A stretch of 64,000 nucleotides of DNA. Origin: Octopus sinensis. Lineage: Eukaryota. The stretch covers positions 37,262,001 to 37,326,000 of the forward strand of contig NC_043000.1 in assembly GCF_006345805.1 (NCBI RefSeq). Reading direction: 5' to 3'. Both the position numbers and the translations under genes were made by a program. Below the pieces are notes generated by a model. It made no database searches. It was not told the DNA's origin and saw only the letters and a program-made list of their open reading frames with translations. Below, piece after piece: positions 50,181-63,205 of this stretch; position 1 is the stretch's first letter; the number at the start of each line of letters is the position of its first letter.

Positions 50181-52829
50181 CTCCACTTGAGAACTCTTTC
50201 CAGTCATCTTGAACAAGAGTAATATATTGTATGCATTGGTAACTAAATCTCACTGTTGTGGCAGAAGACAAGATTTCCACACCAAAGAATAAAACACAAG
50301 AATCCAAGAAAATTAGTAAAAACTAATGGTATTATTACTTCAGACAGAAGAGAAATTGAAAATGAAAAGGTGATGGAATACTTTTGAAGAATAAGAGCCA
50401 CACAATGTGAGAGGAAGAACTGTATGATTGAAAAACTGATGTCAGCTGAACTGATACATGCAAACAAAATAGATAGCTGTGAAGGGAATGGGTAGTGTTA
50501 GCAACAATGTTGAAAGCAAGATAAACAAAGTTGGTTGAATTGGTGCACATACAAACAATGTAGGTGCAGAGGAGAGAGCAAGTGTGCATTGGAAAGTATG
50601 TTGTGAGCAATGAAGATCAGAATGAGTTGAATTCAGGCAGTGGGGAGTGGGTGAAGACAAGAGCAGGGAGGTGTTAGAAAGACTGTTGAGGGCAATAATG
50701 ATCGAGTACACCCATACAGATAGATAGCTTCTTATCATCAAGCATAATCATTACTTTGCTCTCCAGACTGACACAATATGGATGGGTCTTCACAGCCAAA
50801 GTAGGTTGTAATTTGGTGCTACTGCCCTTCTAGATGTCTTGCTTGCACTTCCATTTTTAGCATGGTTTAGCATTCACTGGGTGCAGTTTGTGAAAGCAGC
50901 ATGAAAAAATTGCCTTATTTTCTAAAAAGGCTACAAGGTTTTGTTTATGCTATATTGTCTTCCTTCATTCACCAATGCCATAAAGTTGTCTTTTCTAGAG
51001 TAAGACTGAAGAACATTTTGTCTTCCCAGTATTCTCTCCATTCACTTCTTAGTTTTCCACACAAATGGTGGGAAGAGAGCCAGAGCAAAAGGATGTGAGA
51101 AGAGAGAGTAATATAAAAAAAAAAAAACAGAGAGAATGAGAGACAGTTACATGGTGGTTGTTTGTAAGGATATTCATTAGAAGAAATGTATCCCTCAGAA
51201 TAATAGACAGGTAAGTGATAACAGAGGAGACAGAGTAATAGAAGACAACATGATAACTAGCTACATGATGGGAAAGAGATTGCCTAGAAACAAGAACAGC
51301 ATAGTTGTGGTGAGGAGTACAGAGTGATAGAAGGAAGACAAGGTGACGGAGAAATAATGTAAAAGTGATAGAAAAAGGCTAACAATGGTAGGGTACTCAA
51401 TTTACAAGTAGCAAATAAGAAAGAGAGAGATTGTTAGAACTTATCTCACCATGAGGTTATTCTCATGCGATGAGCATGTCTGATTTGAACTGACTCAGTT
51501 ATGCCTATCAATAATATCTAACTGCTTGTTGTGTAATGCAGATTGTGCCGCCAAAAGAAAAAGAAAACAGAGCTCTCTGATGTGAAGATTATGTACATAG
51601 AAAGAATTGAATTGAGTATTACTAAAACCAATAAAACAGTTATCAGTTTTATAGTGTTATTGATATTTACCAGTATCTGGGTTAGACCAACAGTTTATTC
51701 TGAGAATTTTAGTTTCTTAAAATTTTGCTGCGTTACAGCAATCTTATTACAAAAGACAATGCAATTTTATTCCAAATTTAGAATAGATTCAGCTCTATTT
51801 AGTAGCCATATTTTTATAATCATCATTAAATCCAAACAAATTTAGACCAATGATACCACAGTTACAAAATTAAAGTAGTTAATCATCATCATCATCATTT
51901 AAAAAAATAACTATCAATAAGAAATTGAACAACTAGAAACTGCTCATTAACTATGTGGTATAATAGATTCATAATTACTTGCTATGGAAAGACCATGTTA
52001 ATCACCTCAGGGCTAATGGAGTTTGTCTAAACATTCTATCTATGCTCAATGTGCCTAAAACCACCTGTTTTACTCTATTTTGTGATACTTAATTGCTATC
52101 CTACTATAACTAGCAAAATTGAAAATATCGTTTGAATTTTTTTAATATTTCTTTTTTTTTTCTTTTTGTTAATAACCAGAATTTCACAAATTGCAGTAGA
52201 AACAAGTTTCTCTCTGCATGTAATAGTGACACTAATGACTTGTATACAAATAATGAAATTTTTCAAACTTGACACTGTTATTGAATTAGATAAATTAAAG
52301 TGTAGTATTTTGTATTTTACTATTAAATTTCTCGATATTTGTCAAAACCTGAAATTTATCTGAGGTCCTCATGCAAGAACTGGTTAAATGTTTTGTCATG
52401 TCAGTCTAGAATAAATACTAAAATCTCACCATGATAGTCTCCTCCAGCTTTATGACAGAAAATCACATAACTTAATTATGCTTCACACACATAGGATTAT
52501 GTGCATGTATATAAGTAGATGTAGCTGTTTGGTGAAGAAGTTTGTTTCCCAGCCACATAATATAGAGTTTAGTCCCACTGTGTAGCAACTTAATAATAGA
52601 GAAAAGCAAAGTGGTTGGGACTCCATCTGTGGAAACAAAATTTTTAAATACAAATGAAAAACTAATGATGACACTACGAAACATGACCAAAGATTTCTAA
52701 TTAACAATCCTTCAATTTCATTTATAAACTAATTAGAAAAGTGAGCGAATTATGCACTCTCATATTTAGATTGTTTTTCTTCATAATCATTAGGGTGCTC
52801 ATTGCAGTTTAGAGAGCAGAGAGAACTTC

Positions 52830-53540
52830 ATCAATTGATGTCTTGCCATGATCCAGAATATTGCTAAAATTGCCAAGAAGGCTGAGGGTGTCTTGGCATC
52901 ACTTACAAAGTCCTTTGTGAGTCGCACTCCGGCTATCTATTTGAGGCTTTATACAGCTATGGTGCGACCTCACCTGGAATTTGCATCACTGGTCTGGAAC
53001 CCCTATCTTGCCCAGCATAGTAATCGTCTGGAAACCGTTCAGTGACGTGCAACCAAGAGAATACCCTCCATCAGGCATTTGCCATATTCTGAATGCCTTA
53101 CTTCCCTGGACATGGATACATTGAAACTCCGTCTGGCAGCTGACTTGGCAGACACCCATAAAATTATTAACCATCTTACTAACAATAACTCTGAGCACCT
53201 TTTCAAACTCCATCTGTCTAACACCCATGGACATATTTACAAAGTCAGAAAACAGCACAGCTCCCATGACTTTCGGAAACATTTTTTCATGCTAAGAGTT
53301 GCTGAAGTATGGAACAAACTGCTGGCATCAGTTTTTAGTTGTCGGAGCACTGCATCCTTCAAAACTTCCATGCTTCCTGAGATTCTCCAACACTACACCT
53401 GATTTTCTCCCCTCCATACACATGCAAGCATATATCTGACTCATACACTGTTCACTTTCCAGACATTTGTACATTACTGCATATGCTTTATACACACTTT
53501 TGACAAGTTGTGGTGCACTTGAGCACTATATACAATAATT

Positions 53541-53583
<43 letters not shown>
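52830..53583 (+). mobile_element. 5'-truncated CR1-clade LINE (ORF2 C-terminus, 3' UTR, (ATT)n tail)
   Basis: LYTAMVRPHLEFASLVWNPYL...ETVQ*RATKRI...GHIYKV...FFMLRVAEVWNKL; one TGA at 53043. Confidence 0.9.
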
Positions 53584-53585
<2 letters not shown>

Positions 53586-56247
53586 TCAGGAAGATGTGTC
53601 ATTCATGACTATCTAAAGAGGCTTAGTTGGATAAATGAAGTGCAATAGCTTCAACTTGTTACAGATTCTGATAAAAGGGAACTTAGCTTTCTTCTAAACT
53701 TATTAAAATTATGACACAACTGCTGTAGATAACAGTGATTGTAACTTCACAGCAGTCACTGTTGCTAAATAGCTTTACTTTGATAACATAATTATGAATA
53801 CTAATGTACTATATGGATACATAATATAATAGCTAGTAATTACAACAAGGCACCAACAATACAATCACCAATGATATCATTAGAAGCAATAAAAACATCC
53901 ACACTACAACCACTTTAAGACAATATGATATTACTTGGGGAAGATCCGTGGAAAGTTTTGCCAAGTTAAGTATCTGTGAAGTGATTCCTTCATTGGCCAC
54001 CACCACAAGAATTTGTTAGGGTAGGAAGAGAGACTAGACAGTGAAGCAAGTGCAGTATGTCCTCACAGTGATGAAGTGTGAAGTAATAAGGAATAATTAT
54101 AAACATAGATTTGTGGGTTGAGCATAGTCTTTCAGATGACTACCTCTATGCCATAGGTTTGCTCAATCATAGGTTTGTTCTAACCTGGGTCTACAAAACA
54201 ATAACAACTTCGTCACTAGCAATTATTCTGAAAACAAAGCTAATTTTTTTCACCCATTATAACAGTCTCAAATAAAGATGTGTTTCACTTAAAATATTGC
54301 AATTGGACAAAAATGTAAAAACAGATGAAAAATAGGAAAGAAAAACAATAACAACAACGTTTAACAAATAGCAATGTTTAATGTGAAAAGCCATTTAAAC
54401 AAGTTGATTTTTAAAGACAACTGATAATTATAGGAAAGATGATTTTGAATGTATGCATGTGTGTGGGGAGGGGGGAGGGGAGTAGATGGGTGGGTGTTTG
54501 ATTTTGAAATAATAATAATCATTTCAATAACAAATTGAAAAACATTATTTTAAAAAAAATACATTCAAGAGGAAAAAAAAATAATTAAAATTCACCTCTG
54601 TGATATCTAAAATCCATAATTTTAAGGCAATTTAAGCAAAATGATAGAATTTGACATTTTAGACAATCTTTTAACCAATAATTGCTACATTGCCATCATC
54701 ATGATAATCATCATCACATTGCCATTATTTGTTATCATTATCATCATCACAATTGCCATCATAGTCATGATCATTACCATTCTCTTCACTATCATAAATG
54801 TTATCCCCATTAGCATACAATAAATTAAAGTTGATAGAGAGGCAAACGAAATGACATGCTGCATTTAGTTACTTCCCTTTACATTCCAAGCTCACCCCTA
54901 CCCCCCATCTTTTTCTGCAAGTTCAATCATCATTTTTGAGGGTTGATTACAGTCACAGAGTGGAGTCAATTCAAATGACTACATCTCTCACACCAAACGT
55001 GTAGTCTTGAGCCACATTTACAAAAAGTTATTCTTTAATTAATTGTTTGTATGTAGATACATTGATACAATGACAGGGACAGGAAAAAAATTAACAATTC
55101 AGATTAAGCTGAATATTCTTTATCTTGTTGTTAGAAAGCATAATGACTTTATGTCTAGCCACCACTTTTGGTGTCATTGCTGAAATATACTGTTTAGCCC
55201 CAGGTCAAACTCGATTGAGCAAACCTATGATCAAAAATATTCCAGCTGTGATCATATCAACTTTTCTCATGACTACATTATCCAATGTGTTCTTTGTGTT
55301 TAATAGACAGTAGGATGTGATTCAATGGTGACTTGACAGCTATTTCTAGCAAGTTCATTAATCATGCAGAGGCTTAATTAATGGTTCTTGATATTTTAAT
55401 TTCTTTTGATTTATTTGAAATTTAAATGACAAAAGTGATCCTTCCTCATCAACCCTGATCAAGCAGGCCTTTGATTAAAAACATTCCCGTGGTGACCATC
55501 TTGTCTTTTCTTTCAAATATATATCTAAGATGACATTATACCATTTTTCCTTTTTGTGATTTATTGGAAATTCAGCTGCAACTTGAGAGACAAAGTAAAG
55601 GCTCCCCTAGTTTTGTATATTTGTCTGGTATGGTTAAGTTGCTATGGCATCATTTTTGTTTAACTCCAGGGCAATTCTGCACACATCCAATGAAACGCAT
55701 TCCAGTCATGGCTATCTCATCTTTTTATGGGTAGATGTTTAAAAATGTTCATTTCCCTTTTTTTAATATGGCAAAATTAACTTGGGGGACATTTGATTAC
55801 TATTTATAACAGATTAAGCTATTGTGAAGAAACTCTCAAGAGTGATGGTTATGTTGTCATTAAATATGTTCATAACATAAATAAGGTATTAATTGTATTA
55901 TGGTGCATAGCATAAAATTGCCTCATTCTCTGCAAAAACCCCACTCAGTAAAATGGGATCTTCGTCTTTCAGGCTGCATGGTGACCTCACAAGTGCTTAG
56001 TGTTAGGAAAAAGTTACCCAGTACATTCTGTAAAATGACTGGTGTTAGGAAGACAATTAAGCCATAGGAATCATGCCAAAGCAGACGTTGGAGCATAATG
56101 CTATCTTTGATCTGGTTAGATCTTGTTGAACCATTCAAAAAATGCCAGAATGGAACATGGACATTAAATGATGACAAGGAGGAGGGAGATAGCAGAAATA
56201 GTGGAGCACTGTCACAGTAATCACATATCTTTATTTTATCTTACATA

Positions 56248-56668
56248 TTTTACTTGTTTCAGTCATTAGATGGTGGCCATGCTAGGGCACAACCCTGAAG
56301 GACTTTGGTGAGATGAATTGATCCTAGTACTTCAATTGTTTTTCCTTTCAAGTCTGGTACTTATTCTTTCAGTTGTTTTACTGAACCGCTAAGTTATGGG
56401 GATGTAAGCACACCAATACTGGTTGTCAAGTAGTGACGGGGGACAAACACAGACACAAAGAGACACACACAAGCACACATACACACCACACAAGCACACA
56501 TACACACACACATATACACACACACACATGACAGGCTTCTTTTCAGTTTCCGTCTACCAAATCCACTCCCAAGGCTATGATAAAAGACACTTACCCAAAG
56601 TACCACTCAGTGGGACTGAACCCAGACTGTGTGATTGGGGAGCAAACTTCTTACCAAACAGTCACACC
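56248..56668 (-). mobile_element. Full-length SINE family B
   Basis: Colinear with 33041-33441. Confidence 0.8.
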
Positions 56669-57204
56669 ATATTTTTATGTTCTGCAATTAAATTTTTCAA
56701 ATGTTAACTCAGCATTTCAGTGCCTCTCTATACCTTCCTACTTCTGAGGCAACGCAGCTTAATTCAGTTGACTATATGCTTACCGACAAATTTATGGTTT
56801 GTCCCAATATAAAATGAGTCAAGTACTAAGGTTGATTTAATCAAGTCAATCTTTCCCTTTAAAATGAACCTAGTTGTTCAATCAATTACACAAAGCTGAA
56901 AGGTAGGTTTGTCAATACTTCATTACGGCAACAACTTAACATAGGGGTGGTTCTGCTAGATTATAGATCCAAATGTTAACAGATCAATTCTTTAGAGAAA
57001 ATACATTTTCCCTAGACATTTACAATTTATTTGCATGTAAAATTACTAACCCCCATTTTTCCCCTTTACAGTAAAGAGGTTGGTTATAAGATAAGCAAGA
57101 GATACTTCCAAAGATACCTCAAGTAAATGAAGGTATCAGAGAAAGCAAATACAAAAAAATGTATTGTACAAATTGTAAAAGAAAAAAAAACTGACAACAG
57201 TTTA

Positions 57205-57700
57205 TGAAGTCATCATCATCATCATCGTCGTCGTTTAACATCTGCTTTCCATGCTGGCATGGGTTGGACGGTTTGACTGAGGACTGGTGAGCCAGAAGGC
57301 TGCACCAGGCTCCAATCTGATCTGGCAAAGTTTCTACAGCTGGATGCCCTTTCTAACGCCAACCACTCTGAGTGTAGTGGGTGCTTTTTACGTGCCACGG
57401 GCATGAGAGCCAGTCAGGCAGTTCTGGCAACGACCATGCTCAAAAGGTGTTTTTTACATGCTACCTGCATGGGAGCCAGTCCGGCGGCACTGGCAACAAC
57501 CATGCTTGAATGTTGTTTTTCACGTGCTACCAGCACATGTGCAGGTAAGGCAACACTGGCAATGATCACACTCGAACGGTGCTTTTTACGTGCCACCGGC
57601 ACGGGAGCCAATCCGTGGCCCTGGCAACGATCATGCTCAGATGTGCTTTTAACATTCCACTAGTACGAGTGCCAATCAGGCGGTACTGTCATCGACAATA
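57205..57700 (-). mobile_element. Family A copy with several internal tandem subunits
   Basis: (CAT)n tail; repeated ggcaacgaccatgctc...ttttacgtgc units. Confidence 0.8.
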
Positions 57701-58189
57701 TTTATAAAACTTACCGACATTGGTATCATCATCGTCATCAATCTCCTCCTCCACATCATCATCATCTTCATCATCCAATGTTCATCTTCTGTGGTGGCAT
57801 GGGTTCGATGGATTAACAACATCTGACCAGCTGGAAGACTACATTATGCTCCAATGCCTGTTTTAGTATGGTTTCTGCAGCTGGATGCCCTTCCTGATGC
57901 ATCCATTTTATACAGCAATTTATAATCTTATATTAGAGAATGGGTAAAAAGCATTATCAGACACCCAACCTTCAGAATTTGGTTCAGAAAGATATTTTCA
58001 GTAAAATTAATTTTCCTGTTATATTACTTAAGCAGTACAATGGCTGAATGAATGAACTAATTGGTTACTAATGGCCTATAAAACAAGTTGGCCACCAGAT
58101 AATGTTTCAATGTAAGATTATAATTATAATTTTTTTGTTCTATTTTTATTTTTTTATTTTTTATAAAATATATTTCTATTCAGCATTTA

Positions 58190-58223
58190 AAGAATGTTTG
58201 TTTTTTTTTCTTTGCAGGTAAGT
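58190..58223 (+). other. Candidate recursive splice site (ratchet point) CAG|GTAAGT
   Basis: tgtttgtttttttttctttgcag (AG at 58216-58217) immediately followed by GTAAGT (58218-58223). Confidence 0.45.
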
Positions 58224-58513
58224 AATTCAAGCAGTTTCTACTGAATCATATAATGGTTTCCATTGGATTTTACAACCCTCTCTGCATATCTGAGAAATAC
58301 CAGAGCTAGATTTTTCGAGATGTATCAAGTGAAAAGGTAGGAGTAATATACATAAAATAGAACTGCATATAAAGGCAACATTAATGTGGTAAAGTGAGGT
58401 ACACTTGCAAATGTAAGAATTCAGATGTCATGAATTTTGATCACAAAGCCAGAACTTTCAAATTTAGTTAAGGACATATGTGAACATAATATCAAATTAT
58501 ATATTCTTTAATG

Positions 58514-58868
58514 CTTTTACTGGTTTCAGTCATTTGACTGTGGCCATGCTGGAGCACCACATTTAGTCAAGCAAATCGATCGCAGAGCTTATTCTTTGTA
58601 AGCCTAGTGCTTATTTCTATCGGTCTCTTTTGCCTGCACCAGTTGTCAAGCGATGTTGGGGGGACAAACATATGCGCACACACAAACACACACACATATA
58701 CAACGGGCTTCTTCCAGTTTCCATCTACCAAATCCACTCACAAGGCTTTGGCTCAAGGCTATAGTAGAAGACACTTGCCCAAGGTGCCATGCAGAAGGAC
58801 TGAACCCAGGACCATGTGGTTGGTAAGCAAGCCACTCCTGCACCTAGCTACTTATCTCACAGCCACTC
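58514..58868 (-). mobile_element. SINE family B with an internal deletion
   Basis: Colinear with 33041-33441. Confidence 0.8.
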
Positions 58869-58942
58869 AACCCTATGTAATTTGTTTCTGCTGAATGTGT
58901 CATGCAGTAGAATGTCACATACACACACCCATACATACACAC

Positions 58943-58977
<35 letters not shown>

Positions 58978-59344
58978 TACATAAATACATAGACACAAGA
59001 TTTGTTTCTAAATGAATATGGTGATTATGTGAGATTGACAATCTTCATATCAGTAGTGTATTTTAGAAGCCAAACCTTGAACAAAGATAATCAAGGCCCA
59101 TTGCCATATTGTAATTATTAAGAATACTCCAGTATACATTAAGATAGTTATATCGATAGGTAGGGTGAGTGTATGCAAAAGAGCAAGAGAAAAATAGCAA
59201 GGGAGGGAATTATTAGGTAACTGAAAGAAGGTTCACATTACCAATGCTTATACTCACACACATTTAGTACTCTCAGCCTCTCTCTCTTTTTTCAATTACA
59301 CTGCAACCATCAGCTTAGCTCTAACTACATTTCTATAAACCAGT

Positions 59345-59725
59345 GGCAACATGCGTTGAGTCAAATACAGCAACATCAATATCAAATCAAATGGAAATTG
59401 TAGTTGTGACCCCGTAATGGTAGCACGTAAAAAACACCACTTGGTCAATGCCAGTGCAGCTTTGATTTGGCATCCGTGCCGGTAGCACATAAAAAAGCAC
59501 CATCCGATCATGGTCGATTCCAGCTCCTCTGGCCCCTGTGCTGGTGGCACATAAAAAGCAACCAATACACTCTTGGAATGGTTGATGTTGGGAAGGGCAT
59601 TCATCTGTAGAAACACTGCCAGATCGGATTGGGGCTTGGTGCAGCCTCCAGGCTTCCCAGTCCCTAGTCGAGCAGTCCAAACTCATGCCAGCATGGAAAA
59701 CGGACATTAAACGATGATGATGATA
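59345..59725 (+). mobile_element. Family A (RTE 3' end) copy
   Basis: Ends catgccagcatggaaaacggacattaaacgatgatgatg. Confidence 0.8.
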
Positions 59726-60789
59726 AGTGCCATAGCCTTTTTATACTTTCACACACACCATTGTCTGCATTATTTCAGATTGGTAGAATTGGGAGAGATT
59801 TGAGCAAAAAAGCTGAGTGATATTTGTTCTATGACTTTATGTTCTGAGTTCAAATCCTATCAAGACCAACTTTGACTTTTATCTTTTATAGGTGTGTGTG
59901 TGTGTATGTGTGTGTGTGTGTGTATGCATGCACTCATGTTATATTTATTCTTACCAATAGCATGAAAAAGCATAATTGAGTGATTTGATAAAAAATAAAT
60001 GGATAAAGTAAGTACAGGGGTCAATATGATGAAATACAATCCATTGAAGTTGATGCCCGTTATGATCTTTGATGAATGAGAGTACAAGAAATAAACAATA
60101 TACATACATAAGCACACATACACACAGAGGGTCTTTAAAATAGTAAAAGTAAAGTTATTTGTACATTTTCTGCTGGGATTAAAATAATTCACAACAACCA
60201 GCTGTAATGTGTAACATTTTGAGATTATCACTAAATCTAGTTTTAAGATGAAATCAATGTTATTGCAATTGTACAGTGTCCACATGATGATGCAGTGTAA
60301 GAGATGGTTGTTTACACAGAAATAGGTCAGACTCGTATAATAACAATTAAGAACAGATTATGTTGGTGAATGTCATAGAAATACACTGGTTGTCACTTAA
60401 ACTATAGCAACAGGGCCAATCTATCTGTATACTCAAACTGGTGTGCATACAACTCAGAACAAATAATAAGTAGGCACCTCCTTGGAAAGTTTATAAAATT
60501 GTTGAAAGGAAATAGCAGCATCTAGATAATATGTGGGTGATGATGATCAAATTTTGAAACTTCCGAGTATCATTATGTGACTATATATGCGTGTGTGTGT
60601 GTGTATGCATACATACATATATTATATTGTGTCTGAGGAGAATCATTCTCTTTTAGTGCCTTATTATTTAACACACTCACCGTTTTGATTTCCACTCATT
60701 TACTTATTAATTTTTCTGAAATTTTCGTTGCATTTTGCAACATTTTCAATAGTCATTGACTCTGTTATCCAAGCTGCGTTCTTTTGGTT

Positions 60790-61300
60790 TGTTTGTTTGT
60801 GCAAATGTGTATGGGTCAGTGTGTGCGCATACACGTATATATGTATGTATGCATATATGTGTGTGTATGCACATATATGCACACATGTGTGTACATTTGT
60901 ATGTATGTATTCTGCATATTCATGTGTTTGTTTGTGTTTGCATATGTGTGTGTGTGTGTGTGTGTGCTTGTGTGTCTACCTGTGTCTCCTTGTGTGTGCA
61001 TGTTGAGTGTGTCTGTGTATGGGTTTTTATGACTATGTACATGTGTCTGTTATGTATGGATGTGTATCACCATATGTGTCCTTGTGTGAAGTGTGTATGT
61101 GTCTATATTGTCACGTGTTTCACTCTTCATTTGCGTATGCATATGTGTGCACTTGCCTGTCCACATTACCTATGTTCCTATATATCTTTACATCTATCTG
61201 TTTACTTACATATCCATTTACCTACATATATATGCATATACACACACACATACATATACATATGTATACACACATACACACACACATACAAGTCTACATA
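60790..61300. repeat. Degenerate TG-rich then CA/TA-rich microsatellite field
   Basis: Directly visible. Confidence 0.85.
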
Positions 61301-61483
61301 ACAGCCTACTAACAACTCTACCTGTATATATAAACTGTGAGTGTTGGAGTATGACTACCTACTGTGTATATTTCCTGTTTAGTATTGGGGATGTTTCATT
61401 TATGACAACATGCTCCAGTATTTGCCTGAGTGTTGTGTCCTTTGGGTGCTTATACATACATAATAAAAATATAAATGCACCCT

Positions 61484-61590
61484 TTTAAAGCCTAGCCAGG
61501 CTCATGGGCCCGGTTTCCCGGTTTCAATGGCATATGTGTTACCCAGCTGGACAAGACACCTGTCCATCGCAGTGTTACTCATTTTTTGTT
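61484..61590 (-). mobile_element. SINE 3' fragment
   Basis: aaagcctagccaggctcatgggcccggtttcccgg: GC-rich block with sharp edges; family recalled from memory, not searched. Confidence 0.4.
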
Positions 61591-61679
61591 TGTGTGAGGC
61601 ATTATTCTTAACTATTTTTCAAGTAAGAGACTTTTCACTTCATTCTTCAGTGATTTTTCTCTCAAAGTAGCACAGAACA

Positions 61680-61730
61680 CACACGTATGCACGCACGCTC
61701 ACACACACACACACACACACACACGCGCAC

Positions 61731-61794
<64 letters not shown>

Positions 61795-62036
61795 CAAAAT
61801 TGGCTTTGAAGAATTTCTGCCTACTAAATTCTCCACCCTTGGCCTCAGGCTGCTACAGAAGACATTTATGCCACTGTACAATGGAAGAGATCTTTATATA
61901 CTACATACATACATGGATAAATAAATACATACACATGCGCCCATATATACATATACACACACACATATACATACAAAGACATACATACACAGGTACATAT
62001 AAAATATATATATATATATATATACATATATATATG

Positions 62037-62072
<36 letters not shown>

Positions 62073-62120
62073 TATATTATATATATATATATATATATAG
62101 ATAGATATATAGATATATAT
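61680..62120. repeat. (CA)n and (TA/TACA)n microsatellites
   Basis: Directly visible. Confidence 0.95.
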
Positions 62121-62809
62121 AGATAATGTATATGTCTAATGTGTCTAAATTAGATATATCCATATAAACATGAGTGTGTGTGTGTGTATGTAGGAGGGTG
62201 AAGAAGCAGTTGTTCGTTCTTGTTACAATTACTCAATGATATAAGTGCACTTGGTGGAAATCAATTGCATATACCGAAGTCTGCAGTACCACCCCTATGC
62301 CTTACTGCACACACGCATACTCTATTTCTTAATCTCATGAATTTTGGCATTAGTGCATCTTGATGCGTTTGCAGAATCAATAAGAAACCTTACATTGGAA
62401 CCTTGTTCTTATCACAATAACAAGGATGTTCATCAACAGCTTTTATTTAGAAGCAATGCAAGATGAAAATCTTGGCTGCACATCATATGGCATGGTGTGG
62501 CTGGTGGTTTTGAGGAGAAGTTGTTGGAACAATATGTTAGGTGTGACCATGATCTTATTTGTATGTGAAAATGTTGTAATATAAATGCGTAAACAAAAGT
62601 TTGTGTATATTTCTGAAGAAGATTTTCAATAGATATTATGTAATGTATATTTTAGTTGAAATTTTAATAAATGTGAGTGTGCTTGTGTATGTGTGTGTGT
62701 GTCTGTCAATCCTCTTCAGAGTATGTTAGGCAGCATATTCTACAATAGGCTAGGACCAAACAATGCATTGTGAATGTGTTTGGTAAACACAAATTCTATG
62801 AAGTCCACA

Positions 62810-62814
62810 AAAAC

Positions 62815-62865
<51 letters not shown>

Positions 62866-62940
62866 CATATATATATATATACATACATACATATACATAT
62901 ATACATACATACATACACACACACACACATACATATATAT
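62810..62940. repeat. TA/CA compound microsatellite
   Basis: Directly visible. Confidence 0.95.
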
Positions 62941-62944
62941 GGAG

Positions 62945-63205
62945 GCACTGGCCTCATGGAGGCAAGTGGCTGAGTTCCTTTCGAGTGATGGGCCTTATGG
63001 AGGCAATGACCAAGACCTTTGGCATTATGTTGCACTTGAGAAGAAGACCCACCAAACCGAGCAAAATTGCAGTCATGGTAGATACTGGTGTCACACAAAT
63101 GGCACCCATGGTGGTAGCATGTAAAAGCATCCGTTACACTCCCAGAGTGTTTGGCATTAGGAAGGACATCCAACCATAGAAAACCCATGCCATATCAGAC
63201 TGTTG
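62945..63205 (+). mobile_element. RTE LINE 3' fragment
   Basis: gggccttatggaggcaatgacc...gatactggtgtcacacaaatggcaccc matches 10585-10900. Confidence 0.7.
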
